From positions 29,554 to 93,553 of the forward strand of contig CAZIWN010000002.1 of the NCBI GenBank assembly GCA_964543265.1: a stretch of DNA of 64,000 nt, written 5' to 3'. The first letter of the stretch is position 1, and the number at the start of each line of letters is the position of its first letter. Position numbers and translations under genes: made by a program. The notes under the pieces were generated by a model that saw only the letters and a program-made list of their open reading frames with translations, did no database searches and had not been told where the DNA came from. This document shows, piece by piece, positions 1 through 9,567 of the stretch. The DNA comes from an uncultured Candidatus Saccharibacteria bacterium. GTDB lineage: Bacteria > Patescibacteriota > Minisyncoccia > UBA6257 > 1-14-0-10-40-38.

Positions 1-74
1 AGAGCAGATTCAACTGCGTCTTTTTCTTTAAGAACTTTTTCCTCGCTTGGCTTTGCAACTTTCTTCTTTCCCAT
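1..74 (-). CDS. rpsK: 30S ribosomal protein S11, N-terminal fragment (gene continues beyond window start)
   Basis: Reverse-strand ATG at 74 gives MGKKKVAKPSEEKVLKEKDAVESAL..., a basic Lys-rich N-terminus. It lies immediately downstream of rpsM in the conserved rpmJ-rpsM-rpsK order. Identity rests mainly on synteny. Confidence 0.5.
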   Translation of the reverse strand, partial: MGKKKVAKPSEEKVLKEKDAVESA

Positions 75-89
75 AAATTTTTATAATTA

Positions 90-473
90 TTATTTCAAAT
101 CAACTTTTTTCTTTCCCGACCCTGCAGTCTTTCTAACATTTCCTCTTACTGTTCTAGAATTGGTCTTTGTCCTCTGCCCCCTTACTGGAAGACGTCTCAT
201 GTGCCTTGTACCTACATAACTTTCTATTTCTTTCATTCCCTGTATGTTCTGTTTTATAACTTGTCTCAATTCTCCCTCAACTTTGAAATTATTTCTTATA
301 TAATCCTGAATCAAATTAACTTCTGCAGGTGTTAAATCTTTAGCTCTTTTATTCGGGTCAATTTTTGTAACCTCTAAAATTTTTTTAGATAAAGTAGCGC
401 CAACTCCATATATATATGGAAGCGCTGCTTCTACTCTCTTTGCATCCGGTATATTTACTCCGCTTATTCTCAT
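90..473 (-). CDS. rpsM: 30S ribosomal protein S13
   Basis: 127 aa; MRISGVNIPDAKRVEAALPYIYGVG... and a basic C-terminus are typical of S13. It follows rpmJ as expected. Confidence 0.9.
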   Translation of the reverse strand: MRISGVNIPDAKRVEAALPYIYGVGATLSKKILEVTKIDPNKRAKDLTPAEVNLIQDYIRNNFKVEGELRQVIKQNIQGMKEIESYVGTRHMRRLPVRGQRTKTNSRTVRGNVRKTAGSGKKKVDLK

Positions 474-495
474 GGTTGTTTATATAAAATAAAAA

Positions 496-609
496 TTAGC
501 CCTGTCTTTGTTTGTGTTTTGGGGTCTGGCAAATAATGTGAATTCTTTTACCTCTTCTCACAGTTTTGCACTTATTACATATTGGCTTAACAGACGCTCT
601 AACCTTCAT
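496..609 (-). CDS. rpmJ: 50S ribosomal protein L36
   Basis: Not in the ORF track because it is too short. Reverse-strand translation [37 protein letters not shown] (37 aa) carries the L36 zinc-ribbon signature. It sits between infA and rpsM. Confidence 0.85.
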   Translation of the reverse strand: MKVRASVKPICNKCKTVRRGKRIHIICQTPKHKQRQG

Positions 610-720
610 TTTTTTATTGAATATTAATTGTTGAATAAAACAGCTAAAAAATCAAGTATATTAGCTTAAACGAGAAAATATTCAGGCCAAATCTGCCATT
701 TTAATTGCAGAATTATCAAA

Positions 721-939
721 CTAGAATCTTCTCGAAATTCTACCTCTAGTTTCGTCATAGGGAGTAAATTCCACCATCACCCTATCCCCAGGGAGAACCC
801 TTATATGGTTCATCCTCATTTTTCCGGATAGATATGCTAAAACCTCTCTCCCATCCTCATTTATTTTAACCTTAAAAGTAGTTGCAGGAAGGGCTTCTAA
901 TACCACCCCCTCAAGACTCTTTAAATCCTTGCTCTTCAT
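721..939 (-). CDS. infA: translation initiation factor IF-1
   Basis: 72 aa; the S1-like OB fold sequence ...VLEALPATTFKVKINEDGREVLAYLSGKMRMNHIRVLPGDRVMVEFTPYD... is the canonical IF-1. Confidence 0.9.
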   Translation of the reverse strand: MKSKDLKSLEGVVLEALPATTFKVKINEDGREVLAYLSGKMRMNHIRVLPGDRVMVEFTPYDETRGRISRRF

Positions 940-1004
940 TACTTAAGATTTTAATAAATTAAGGTTTTTTAACTCGTGGATATATGATAGCTAAAGACAA
1001 TAAA

Positions 1005-2687
1005 TTAGTCAACGGTTAAGTTGATTTTTTCTACTTTTGGCACTTTTTTAACCCAAAAAGGCCAAAGAGCCACTTCCGCACTCTGCAATCCAGAAACTGA
1101 GAAAATAAGAGCCTTAACTTCAGATTCAGATTTAGCGGAAAGCTTATTCCTCAAATCATCAATATTAATTTTTTTAGAAACAACAGCATCATAATTAAAC
1201 TCGAAGGAAAGCTCAGCTCCCTTATTTTTCTGATCATTTTTTAAAGCATAATTAGATGTTGCGCTTTTAACGTCAACATCAACTCCCTCGCCCTTCTTTA
1301 ATTTTTGATCCACTATAGATAAAACATCGGATTCCTTAAATCCTATAATAGAAGCCTCTCCCTCAGAGAACACTGAAAAGGTATTATTTTTAGAGTAGTC
1401 GGTTGTTATCTCTTGTTTTAAAATTTTAAAAGAAATACTGTTCTCTAAAAATTTAAGTTCTGTTGGAATTTTAGCTAAAAGAATTGATTTTATAGAAGAC
1501 TCTAAATTCTTTGCAGATTCCTGTTTTGCCTTGCTAATTTCATCAGTTGTTGGACTAGCTATTTCACCGACAAATCCCCCGGTAAATTTGTCCTTTACAA
1601 CAGCATATATGGAATTTTCCTTAGGTGTTCCCTTAAATGCTGGAAGTTTTAATTTAATCCCTTCTAAAATATTATAATCAGCCCCCGCATTTTCAGAGAC
1701 AACATCGGCAACAATTTCAGAGCCTTCAATTTTTCCATCTGTTACCTTAGCTCCTGGTACAACAACCTTCTTTACTAATCTATAGATTTTTCCATCAGGA
1801 GTTTCAAATCTTGAGTTTTGAACCAAAGACTGTGAAGCAGAACTAAAAGTGTTATAAATCGTAATTTTACCAGAAGCTTTCTCGGCTATTCTTTTTTTAG
1901 AGTTAGTAGGAAAAGACATTGTAAAGTTTCTTTGTTCCTTAAAAACTTGTCCTGGAATTTTATTTAAAGAAACATCAATTCTCGCTAAATTAAGATCGGC
2001 ACTGACAACTTCTTTAAAAGACCAATTTTTTCTTGCCAATTTTATTTTTATATCAGCTTTTGGAAAAGCAAAGACAGTTAAATAAAACATTAAAGGCAAA
2101 AACACCAACACGCACGCCATTAGAACAAATTTATATTTTTTTCTTGGTTTTTTCTCAACTACATCGTCCTGAGCGTATTCATTAACTTTTTTATTTTTTT
2201 TAAAAAATGAGAATTTACTGCCCTCTTTAAAATCAGTCAGAACAGGAACATCCCCTTCTTCCTCAAATTTCTCATCATCAGCAACAAGTCTTTCTTCTGG
2301 TAAATTTTTCTTTGGATTAAACAATATCTCTGGAGCTTCTTCCACCGAATCCACTTCTAAAAATTCACTACCCTGTTTCTTCTGCTTAACACCTATATCA
2401 AAAACTTTTTTGGTAGGAATATCTGAAAAAAATGGATTAAAAGCTTTAAATCCATGATGTTTAGCGAATCCTATTAATTTTTCATCTACAGACTCAAAAA
2501 CAACATTTTTTCCCAATGCATCTACTTCTTTTTTTAGTATTCTAAAATTAGAACCGCTAGACACAAGTTTTGAAAATCTTGGCACCTCTAAAGTAATATC
2601 CGCTACTTCGGCTTTTGAAATAATATCAACTATTTCAGATAAATCTGTATTTTTTTCAATGACTATTTTGCCCAATTGGTTTTTCAT
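1005..2687 (-). CDS. hypothetical bitopic membrane protein. It has a ~190-aa cytoplasmic N-domain with an acidic linker, a single TM (VLMACVLVFLPLMFYLTVFAF) and a ~350-aa extracytoplasmic beta-rich domain.
   Basis: A long ORF with a clear hydrophobic segment after a Lys-rich stop-transfer (KKPRKKYKF). I recognise no family. It occupies the position where secY-adk-map usually precede infA. Confidence 0.55.
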   Translation of the reverse strand: MKNQLGKIVIEKNTDLSEIVDIISKAEVADITLEVPRFSKLVSSGSNFRILKKEVDALGKNVVFESVDEKLIGFAKHHGFKAFNPFFSDIPTKKVFDIGVKQKKQGSEFLEVDSVEEAPEILFNPKKNLPEERLVADDEKFEEEGDVPVLTDFKEGSKFSFFKKNKKVNEYAQDDVVEKKPRKKYKFVLMACVLVFLPLMFYLTVFAFPKADIKIKLARKNWSFKEVVSADLNLARIDVSLNKIPGQVFKEQRNFTMSFPTNSKKRIAEKASGKITIYNTFSSASQSLVQNSRFETPDGKIYRLVKKVVVPGAKVTDGKIEGSEIVADVVSENAGADYNILEGIKLKLPAFKGTPKENSIYAVVKDKFTGGFVGEIASPTTDEISKAKQESAKNLESSIKSILLAKIPTELKFLENSISFKILKQEITTDYSKNNTFSVFSEGEASIIGFKESDVLSIVDQKLKKGEGVDVDVKSATSNYALKNDQKNKGAELSFEFNYDAVVSKKINIDDLRNKLSAKSESEVKALIFSVSGLQSAEVALWPFWVKKVPKVEKINLTVD

Positions 2688-2791
2688 TATTAAATCTATT
2701 ATACGTAAAAACAGAAACTATTTCCACTAATTTGTAAACAAATTGTTTTTAATATTGAAGAGATATAAGATTGATTAAAAGAATAAATTAA

Positions 2792-3664
2792 ATGAAAAAT
2801 TTACTACTCATAGATGCCAGCGCTCTAATTCATCGCTTCTATCATGCCCTGCCAGAATTCGAGAATCAAAAAGGAGAAAGAACAGAAAGTTTATACGGTC
2901 TTTCCAACCTAATGCTTAAATTTTTTATAGATAAAAAAATGGATTTTTGGCTAGCTGGATTAGATAGGCCAGAACCAACCTGGAGAAAAAAAGAGTTTGA
3001 TGAATACAAAATTCAAAGACCCAAAGCAGAAAATCGTTTAATTGAGCAAATTAAAAGGATGCCAGAAATATTTTCAGCTTTCGGAATAGCGGCGCTCAGT
3101 TCCCCCGGATTTGAAGCTGACGATATTATCGGTACCGTTGTAGAAAAATTAAAAAATAATCCAGAAATTAAAATCACGATTCTTTCTGGTGACCACGACA
3201 TGTTTCAACTTATCGAAGATGACAAAATAGTAGTTGAACTTCCCCAAAGCGGAATTAATGAAATTAAAACCTATAATGAACAGGGTATTTTTGAAAAATA
3301 TGAAATACTTCCCAATCAAATTCCAGATTTTAAAGGATTAAAAGGAGACGCTTCCGATAATATTCCAGGCATTGAAGGTATCGGAGAAAAAGCCGCTAAA
3401 GATCTACTTAAAGAATTTAAAAATATAGAAGGTATTTATGAAAATCTTCCGATTATAAAAAATAAAATTGCCGAAAAACTAGAAAATAAATATGAAGATT
3501 GTTTGCTATACAGACGCCTTGCCACCATTAGACGCGATGCCCCAATCGAAATTCCCGAAATAGAAAATCTTGCCGCCACAAAACTAAATAAAGAAAATCT
3601 TCTGAAATTATTTGAAAATCTCGGTTTCCCTAGTCTGACAAAAAAACTAGAGGAGATTAAATAA
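2792..3664 (+). CDS. 5'-3' exonuclease (FEN / Pol I N-terminal-like, stand-alone)
   Basis: 290 aa; LLIDASALIHRFYHAL, GFEADDIIGT and the H3TH-region LKGDASDNIPGIEGIGEKAAKDLL are characteristic of the 5'-3' exonuclease/flap nuclease family. Confidence 0.8.
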   Translation: MKNLLLIDASALIHRFYHALPEFENQKGERTESLYGLSNLMLKFFIDKKMDFWLAGLDRPEPTWRKKEFDEYKIQRPKAENRLIEQIKRMPEIFSAFGIAALSSPGFEADDIIGTVVEKLKNNPEIKITILSGDHDMFQLIEDDKIVVELPQSGINEIKTYNEQGIFEKYEILPNQIPDFKGLKGDASDNIPGIEGIGEKAAKDLLKEFKNIEGIYENLPIIKNKIAEKLENKYEDCLLYRRLATIRRDAPIEIPEIENLAATKLNKENLLKLFENLGFPSLTKKLEEIK

Positions 3665-3666
3665 CA

Positions 3667-4950
3667 TTATTCCTCTTCTTCTAAAATTTCTCTTTGAGGA
3701 ATTAATTTTGCTTCAAGTGGAAGCGTAAAATAAACTACCGTTCCCCTATTCAATCTAGAAGCAATCCAAATCTTTCCTCCATGTCTGGCTATAATGTTTT
3801 TAGCTATAAATAATCCCAAGCCATTCCCTTCAACAGAGGTTCTGCGCGCATTGTTGCCACGGAAAAACTTTTGGAATATTTTATCAATATCTGCCTCATC
3901 TATACCCACGCCAGTATCCTTAATGCTTACCTGAAGATATGGCTCTTCCGACATTTTTTCTATTTTTACTATTATCTCTCCGTTTTGAATATTGTATCTT
4001 ATAGAATTATCTAAAATATTTTTCAAAGCTATTCCTAGTCTTATCGGATCAAAACTCATCTTAAGAATCTCAATTCCAGACTTATCAAAATAAATCTTAA
4101 TTTTTCTTAAATCTGCTCTTTCCTGTATTTCTGAAAGAAGTTTCTCTAAAAATTCAACAAAATTTTCTTCCTTAAATTCATAACCAAATCTACCCTCTTC
4201 AATTTTTGCCACATCTAGTAAATTAGAAACTATTTTAAGCAATTGAGATACCCCTCCTTGCGCACTCGCAACTAGCATTTTTTGAGAATCAGACAAAGGT
4301 TCATTTTTTAAATTTTCAATTGACCAGTTTATTGCAGTAAGAGGTGTTTGAAGTTGATGCGAAGCAATTGTTAAAAACTCTTTCTTCTGGGCTAAAAGCT
4401 TTAATTCTCTAGTTTTATCTTCTATTAATTTTATAAAAAGAGACTCTTTCTGATTTTTTAATTCATTTGTAGTTACTTTTATTTCTAAATAAGGATCAGA
4501 AAATGTGAATGTTAAAATTTGAGGATATTCTCCCGGATTAGTCCTCCTCACAACCGTCTCGGCAAGAGCTGGAAATATGGTCGAAGTTAAAACTATCATC
4601 TTAGACTGTAAATTTTTCTTATCATTTAAAGTTATGGTTTGACCGATAACTTCTGAAGCAGATAATCCAAATATTTTTTCAGCAGATTTATTAAATTTTA
4701 AAATCTTAAAGTTTTGATCATGAATGATTATTCCCTCTCTAGCCTCATTTAAGATATTTTCGAATTCTTCTCTTTGAGCTAAAAACAGTTTCCTTTTTCT
4801 AAGAAAATTAACAAAAAATACTACAGTTAAAACTAAAATTTCAAATAGAAGAATAAAAAGACCATTTTCTGGAGGAATTAAAAATCCCAAAGTACCAAAA
4901 AAAATAGCTGAAGACAAAAATAATATAGAAAACAAATCAAAGATAGGCAT
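3667..4950 (-). CDS. sensor histidine kinase (N-terminal TM helices, PAS, HisKA, HATPase_c)
   Basis: H-box HQLQTPLTAINWSIENL and G-boxes DTGVGIDEADIDKIFQKFFRG...GNGLGLFIAKNIIARHGGKIWIASRLNRGTVVYFTLP. Hydrophobic N-terminus. No response regulator lies adjacent. Confidence 0.8.
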   Translation of the reverse strand: MPIFDLFSILFLSSAIFFGTLGFLIPPENGLFILLFEILVLTVVFFVNFLRKRKLFLAQREEFENILNEAREGIIIHDQNFKILKFNKSAEKIFGLSASEVIGQTITLNDKKNLQSKMIVLTSTIFPALAETVVRRTNPGEYPQILTFTFSDPYLEIKVTTNELKNQKESLFIKLIEDKTRELKLLAQKKEFLTIASHQLQTPLTAINWSIENLKNEPLSDSQKMLVASAQGGVSQLLKIVSNLLDVAKIEEGRFGYEFKEENFVEFLEKLLSEIQERADLRKIKIYFDKSGIEILKMSFDPIRLGIALKNILDNSIRYNIQNGEIIVKIEKMSEEPYLQVSIKDTGVGIDEADIDKIFQKFFRGNNARRTSVEGNGLGLFIAKNIIARHGGKIWIASRLNRGTVVYFTLPLEAKLIPQREILEEEE

Positions 4951-5017
4951 CGAAACAAATTATAACACGATTTTACGACAAGGCGGAGCTATGATTTAAT
5001 TTGAATATTAAACAAAA

Positions 5018-5860
5018 ATGCCCGAATTACCAGAAGTTGAAACCATAGTTGGTGACCTAAATAAAGAAATTAAAGGAAATACAATTTCCGATATTTTAGT
5101 CTTTAACGAAAGAACTTTTAAAAATTATTCTCCAAAAACAAGAGAATTGATTAAAAACTCTAAAATAGAAAAATTTGAACGTGCTGGTAAATACATAATC
5201 TTTCACCTAAAAAAAGCTGATAAAAATTCATTTTTAATAACTCATCTTAAAATGACGGGTAATTTTTCTATTATTAAAAATACAAACCCCAAAGAAATAA
5301 AAAACATCAAGCACGCGCGTGCTGCATTCGTTCTCAAATCAAAAGATGCACTTGTTTTCAAAGATATAAGAAAATTTGGAAAAATATATTTTGAAAGTAA
5401 AAACTCTGCCGAAGATCTAGAAACAATAAAAAATCTCGGCCCTGATGCCCTACTCAATCTCAATCTAAAAGAGTTTGAAAAAAATATCTTAAAAAGGAAA
5501 ACCAAAATAAAACCCCTTCTTTTAAATCAAGAATTTATTTCCGGCTTAGGCAATATTTATGCCGACGAAAGTCTTTGGTCTTCAAAAATACACCCACTTA
5601 CTCCAGCAAATAAATTATCCAAAAAACAAATAAAAGAATTATTTAATTCCATTCAAGCAATTCTTAAAACCGCTGTCGAACTAAGAGGATCTTCAATGCG
5701 AGACTATAAAGACTTACTTGGCAAAGAAGGTGGTTACATAAAAATCAGAAAAGTATATATGCGGGAAGGTCTTCCTTGTTTTAGGTGTAAAACTAAAATT
5801 ATAAAAACAAAAATAGGCGCCCGAAGCGCCCATTTCTGCCCTAACTGTCAGAAGATTTAA
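5018..5860 (+). CDS. mutM: formamidopyrimidine-DNA glycosylase (Fpg/Nei family)
   Basis: Starts MPELPEVETIV (catalytic Pro2 and Glu3). C-terminal zinc finger CFRCKTKIIKTKIGARSAHFCPNCQK. Confidence 0.85.
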   Translation: MPELPEVETIVGDLNKEIKGNTISDILVFNERTFKNYSPKTRELIKNSKIEKFERAGKYIIFHLKKADKNSFLITHLKMTGNFSIIKNTNPKEIKNIKHARAAFVLKSKDALVFKDIRKFGKIYFESKNSAEDLETIKNLGPDALLNLNLKEFEKNILKRKTKIKPLLLNQEFISGLGNIYADESLWSSKIHPLTPANKLSKKQIKELFNSIQAILKTAVELRGSSMRDYKDLLGKEGGYIKIRKVYMREGLPCFRCKTKIIKTKIGARSAHFCPNCQKI

Positions 5861-7602
5861 TCTACTATTCCCCTAATTCTTCTAACTCCTGCTCCAACCG
5901 CTTCCTCTTTAGCAATTTTAAATTTACCAACCTCTCCCGTATGAGTTACGTGCGGACCTCCGCAAAACTCTTTCGAAAAAGCATCTTCTAGCGATTTTCC
6001 GGCAAAATAAACCTTAACTCGTTCTGGATATTTTTCCCTAAAGAAATATAGAGCTCCTGTTTTTTCAGCTTCAGACTTACTCATTTCTCTAAATTGCATT
6101 GGCAAATCAGCCTGCACGGCCCCATTTACCAACTCCTCAACTTTTTTAATTTCATCTGGGGTTAGCTTTCTTGGAAAAGCAAAATCAAAACGCGTTCTTT
6201 CGGCTGTTATATCTGATCCTTTTTGCGAAACTTCTGGTCCTAAAACTTTTCTCAAAGCCGCCTGAAGCAAATGAGTCGCCGTATGAAGCCGAGTCACTTT
6301 TTTAAGCTCTACCTCATCTTTTGCCTTTAATTCACCAGTATCCAAGAGTAATCCATGTCCGCCAAATTTCTTTTCTGCCCCAGCCTTGGATATTTCCTGA
6401 TGTTTAGCAAATTCCCTATCAAAGTCTTCTCTATTTAAACCTGAAGCTCTGGATTTTCCAAACTCTTTTACAACTTCATATGGCAAGCCGAAACTCTGAT
6501 AAAGGTCGAACGCCCCCTTTGCGTCTATCGCCTCTAAAATATCCAACTCTTTTAATCCTTTTTCGATTGTACGATTAAATTTTATATACTCCTCTTCGCA
6601 AACACCTCTAATAATTTCTATTTTTAAATTTGGATAAATACTTCCATATCTGACAACAACTTCATCAATTAGATTATAAAAATCAAAACCCGATCCTGAA
6701 TTTGATCTTAGCCATATATAGCTATAGGTGATAACCCTTCTTAACAACCTTCTCAAAACATAACCAGCATCCTTATTAGAAGGTCTAATTCCATCGGAAA
6801 TCAAAAATGCGGAGCTACGTGCATGATCGGCAAAAATCAGTTTTGTCTTAAGCTCCATTTCCTTTGGCAATTTTTCAACTATAGACTCAAATAAATCCGT
6901 TTCAAAAACATTTTTCTTCTTCTGACCTACCATAGCCAATCTCTCTAAACCCATTCCCGTATCAATTCCCTGTATCTTTAAATCAGTAAGCCTATTTTCC
7001 TTATCACGATAAAACTGATTAAAAACAACATTCCAAATTTCAATTCCATTAACATATATTTCAGTTGTCGGTCCGCAAGGTCCCTCATTTCCAGTTGGTC
7101 CCCAAAAATTATCAGATCCCTCTCTTCTAATCTTATCTTTTGGAACATATTTCTGCCAAATCTCATAAGACTCCTCATCGAACGGCACGCCCTTTCTCCA
7201 ATCACCGGCCGGAACTTTTTCAGGGTCGAAAACAGTCACATAATCAATATCAAGCCTCATTTCTTTAGCAATAAATTCATAAGCATATTTAATCGCTTCT
7301 TCTTTCCAATAGCCGCCGAACGAAAAATTACCCAACATTTCAAAAAACGTTAAATGTCTTTCATCTCCAACTTCATCTATATCAGAAGTTCTAAAACATT
7401 TTTGGATTGAAACAGTATTTTTAGATTTAAAATCAGCCATCGGATCCAGCTCTCCAGTAAAATACTTTTTAAACTGTTGCATTCCAGCGGTCGTCAAAAG
7501 TACCGATGGATCATCTGGCAAAAGAGAGGAGGATGGCACATATTTATGGCCATTCTTTTCAAAAAAACTTATGAATTTTTTTCTGATTTCTTCGTGAGTC
7601 AT
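5857..7602 (-). CDS. alaS: alanine--tRNA ligase, compact form (catalytic plus editing domains; no C-Ala domain)
   Basis: The N-terminus MTHEEIRKKFISFFEKNGHKYVPSSSLLPDDPSVLLTTAGMQQFK matches AlaRS motif 1. Motif 3 GMGLERL is present. The editing-domain signature ATHLLQAALRKVLG...CGGPHVTHTGEVG sits at the C-terminus. Only 581 aa versus ~870 typical. Confidence 0.85.
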   Translation of the reverse strand: MTHEEIRKKFISFFEKNGHKYVPSSSLLPDDPSVLLTTAGMQQFKKYFTGELDPMADFKSKNTVSIQKCFRTSDIDEVGDERHLTFFEMLGNFSFGGYWKEEAIKYAYEFIAKEMRLDIDYVTVFDPEKVPAGDWRKGVPFDEESYEIWQKYVPKDKIRREGSDNFWGPTGNEGPCGPTTEIYVNGIEIWNVVFNQFYRDKENRLTDLKIQGIDTGMGLERLAMVGQKKKNVFETDLFESIVEKLPKEMELKTKLIFADHARSSAFLISDGIRPSNKDAGYVLRRLLRRVITYSYIWLRSNSGSGFDFYNLIDEVVVRYGSIYPNLKIEIIRGVCEEEYIKFNRTIEKGLKELDILEAIDAKGAFDLYQSFGLPYEVVKEFGKSRASGLNREDFDREFAKHQEISKAGAEKKFGGHGLLLDTGELKAKDEVELKKVTRLHTATHLLQAALRKVLGPEVSQKGSDITAERTRFDFAFPRKLTPDEIKKVEELVNGAVQADLPMQFREMSKSEAEKTGALYFFREKYPERVKVYFAGKSLEDAFSKEFCGGPHVTHTGEVGKFKIAKEEAVGAGVRRIRGIVD

Positions 7603-7655
7603 TTGGTATTAAAAATACAATAAAAAAGGATAATTTCAAAATTCACCATAAAATA

Positions 7656-7694
7656 AAAAATAACCCCTCTATATTAGAGGGGTTATTTTTTATT
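7656..7694 (-). terminator. rho-independent terminator (bidirectional-looking) downstream of the 7696..8235 gene
   Basis: Hairpin AACCCCTC-tatatta-GAGGGGTT flanked by A-run and T-run (aaaaaataacccctctatattagaggggttattttttattttt). Confidence 0.6.
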
Positions 7695-7695
7695 T

Positions 7696-8235
7696 TTAAG
7701 AATTCAAATTTTTTAAAATCTCTGACATATCTGAATATAAATCAGATACTCCGTCTATTTCTATTTTTCCAGAATTAACAAATCTTCTAAGTCTCGCCCA
7801 ACTAGATTTCATCCTCGAAATAGAATCTGATAAATCATTTATATTTTCTTCACTTAAAGAAGAGGAAACTTCTTTCATATTTCCCAAACTCTCCTTAAAA
7901 GCTGATATAGATTTTTCAACAGCTGAAGGATTGTCAATTTCCATTGAAATCATTTTTCTAATTTCCAAAACAGCTTTTTCTTGAATCTGCTCCTCTAGTT
8001 CAAACTTTTTAAATGGAGAATTGGAAAAAATCCTATAAGCACCCCTCTTCATTCCCCTGCCAAAAGATTCCATAAAATAGAATGGATTTGTAGGTAAAAT
8101 ACCCGCGGAAGACAAGTTTTCTACAGAAGAATCATCAGTATTAGATTGTTCTTCGGAAGCAAAAGCAGTAGAAGTCAAAAGAAAAGAAATAGCCAATAAC
8201 ATTGCCAAAAAGCTATATTTCATTGATTTTTTCAT
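7696..8235 (-). CDS. secreted hypothetical protein (signal peptide; coiled-coil; NPFYF motif)
   Basis: N-terminal MKKSMKYSFLAMLLAISFLLTSTAFA|SEE signal peptide. The rest is charged and helical. It resembles the DUF5667-type secreted proteins common in Patescibacteria, but that is memory-based with no search. Confidence 0.5.
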   Translation of the reverse strand: MKKSMKYSFLAMLLAISFLLTSTAFASEEQSNTDDSSVENLSSAGILPTNPFYFMESFGRGMKRGAYRIFSNSPFKKFELEEQIQEKAVLEIRKMISMEIDNPSAVEKSISAFKESLGNMKEVSSSLSEENINDLSDSISRMKSSWARLRRFVNSGKIEIDGVSDLYSDMSEILKNLNS

Positions 8236-8310
8236 ATGTTTTATAAGTATAGCAGATCCACGGTTAATATCAAAACCCTATCCACTTATACCTATATTAT
8301 ACTAAATAAT

Positions 8311-9552
8311 TTAATAACCGTCAAGCATGTGGCTTTTATCGTGTTCTTTTATCTTTTGGAGAGCCTTAGCCTCAATCTGCCTTATTCTCTCTCTGGTAAC
8401 TCCGAATTTCTGACCCACCTCTTCAAGAGTATGAGAAATATCATCGCTAAGCCCGAATCTCATCTTTAAAATATCCTGCTCTCTAGGAGCCAAATCAACT
8501 AAAATTTCTGTTATTTTTTCTTTCAATAATCCCTGAGAAGCGATCTGGGACGGCGTAAGATTTTTATCGTCTGGAATAAATTCGGCAAGTAATGAATCCT
8601 CATCATCGCCACCAATCGGTGATTCAAGTGAAATTACTTCCTGAGAAATTTTCTGTATATGATGAACCTTCTCAACAGGCAAACCCATCTCAACCGCGAT
8701 CTCCTCTGGCAACGGCACACGACCTAAATCTTGAGTTAACTGTCTTTTAGCTTGGGTAAACTTAGCAATCGTCTCAACCATATGCACAGGAATCCTAATA
8801 GTCCTTGATTGGTCTGCCAAAGCGCGAGTAACAGCCTGCCTAATCCACCAAGTCGCATAAGTAGAAAACTTAAAACCTCTCCTATAGTCGAATTTATCCA
8901 CTGCTTTCGATAAACCAATATTTCCTTCCTGGATAAGATCCAACAAACTCAAATTAAATGACCTATGGGCATATCTTTTTGCAATAGAAACTACGAGTCT
9001 CAAGTTTGACTTAATAAATTTATGTCTAGCATCCTCATCACCCTTTTCGCATCTTTTAGCCAATTCTTTTTCCTCTTCAAAAGTTAAAAGAGGCGTCCTG
9101 CCTATTTCTCTTAAATACATCTGGACAGAATCTGGCAACTCTTCAAATCCAGGCACATATGCTGCTTCTTCCAGCTCCTTCTTAGAAATCTCACTTCTAT
9201 CATCTATATCTATAAGCTGATTAGCCTCAACAACCTTAATATTGCTCTTATCAAGCTCTTTATATATCTCTTCTATAAAATTCACATCATCCTCTATGTG
9301 AGGAAAGAAATGTATAACCTCTGATTCAGTGACAAATCCCCTACTTCTTCCCTTTTCTATAAGCTCATTTAAAGCTTCTATATTTATCTTTTTCTTTAAA
9401 GCATCCTTAGAAAGCTTACCTTCTTTCTTTTTACTTTTTGATTTAGAACTGGATTTTTTTAATCCACTCTTTTTAGCCTTAGGCTTTTTAATTTTCGCTT
9501 TTTTAAGCGATTTTGAACCTTTCTTATTAAGTTTTTTAAGCTTTTTCTTCAT
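8311..9552 (-). CDS. rpoD: RNA polymerase sigma-70 factor RpoD, with a Lys-rich N-terminal extension
   Basis: Regions 1.2 to 4 recognisable: [62 protein letters not shown], and C-terminal [30 protein letters not shown]. Immediately downstream of dnaG. Confidence 0.92.
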   Translation of the reverse strand: MKKKLKKLNKKGSKSLKKAKIKKPKAKKSGLKKSSSKSKSKKKEGKLSKDALKKKINIEALNELIEKGRSRGFVTESEVIHFFPHIEDDVNFIEEIYKELDKSNIKVVEANQLIDIDDRSEISKKELEEAAYVPGFEELPDSVQMYLREIGRTPLLTFEEEKELAKRCEKGDEDARHKFIKSNLRLVVSIAKRYAHRSFNLSLLDLIQEGNIGLSKAVDKFDYRRGFKFSTYATWWIRQAVTRALADQSRTIRIPVHMVETIAKFTQAKRQLTQDLGRVPLPEEIAVEMGLPVEKVHHIQKISQEVISLESPIGGDDEDSLLAEFIPDDKNLTPSQIASQGLLKEKITEILVDLAPREQDILKMRFGLSDDISHTLEEVGQKFGVTRERIRQIEAKALQKIKEHDKSHMLDGY

Positions 9553-9567
9553 TAGAAGATTTAGACC

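Noticed and set aside
8236-8469. 77-aa plus-strand ORF overlapping the rpoD 3' end, and other small antisense ORFs (3013..3201, 5242..5505, 6978..7205, 8736..8918, 9329..9571, 11027..11227, 11905..12105, 15542..15856, 15905..16117, 38225..38437, 39327..39837, 40921..41124, 41426..41635, 41916..42606, 43447..43641, 45526..46827, 54536..56518, 57404..57601, 60046..60243)
   Set aside because: They overlap better-supported genes on the opposite strand, have biased low-complexity translations and lack independent signals.
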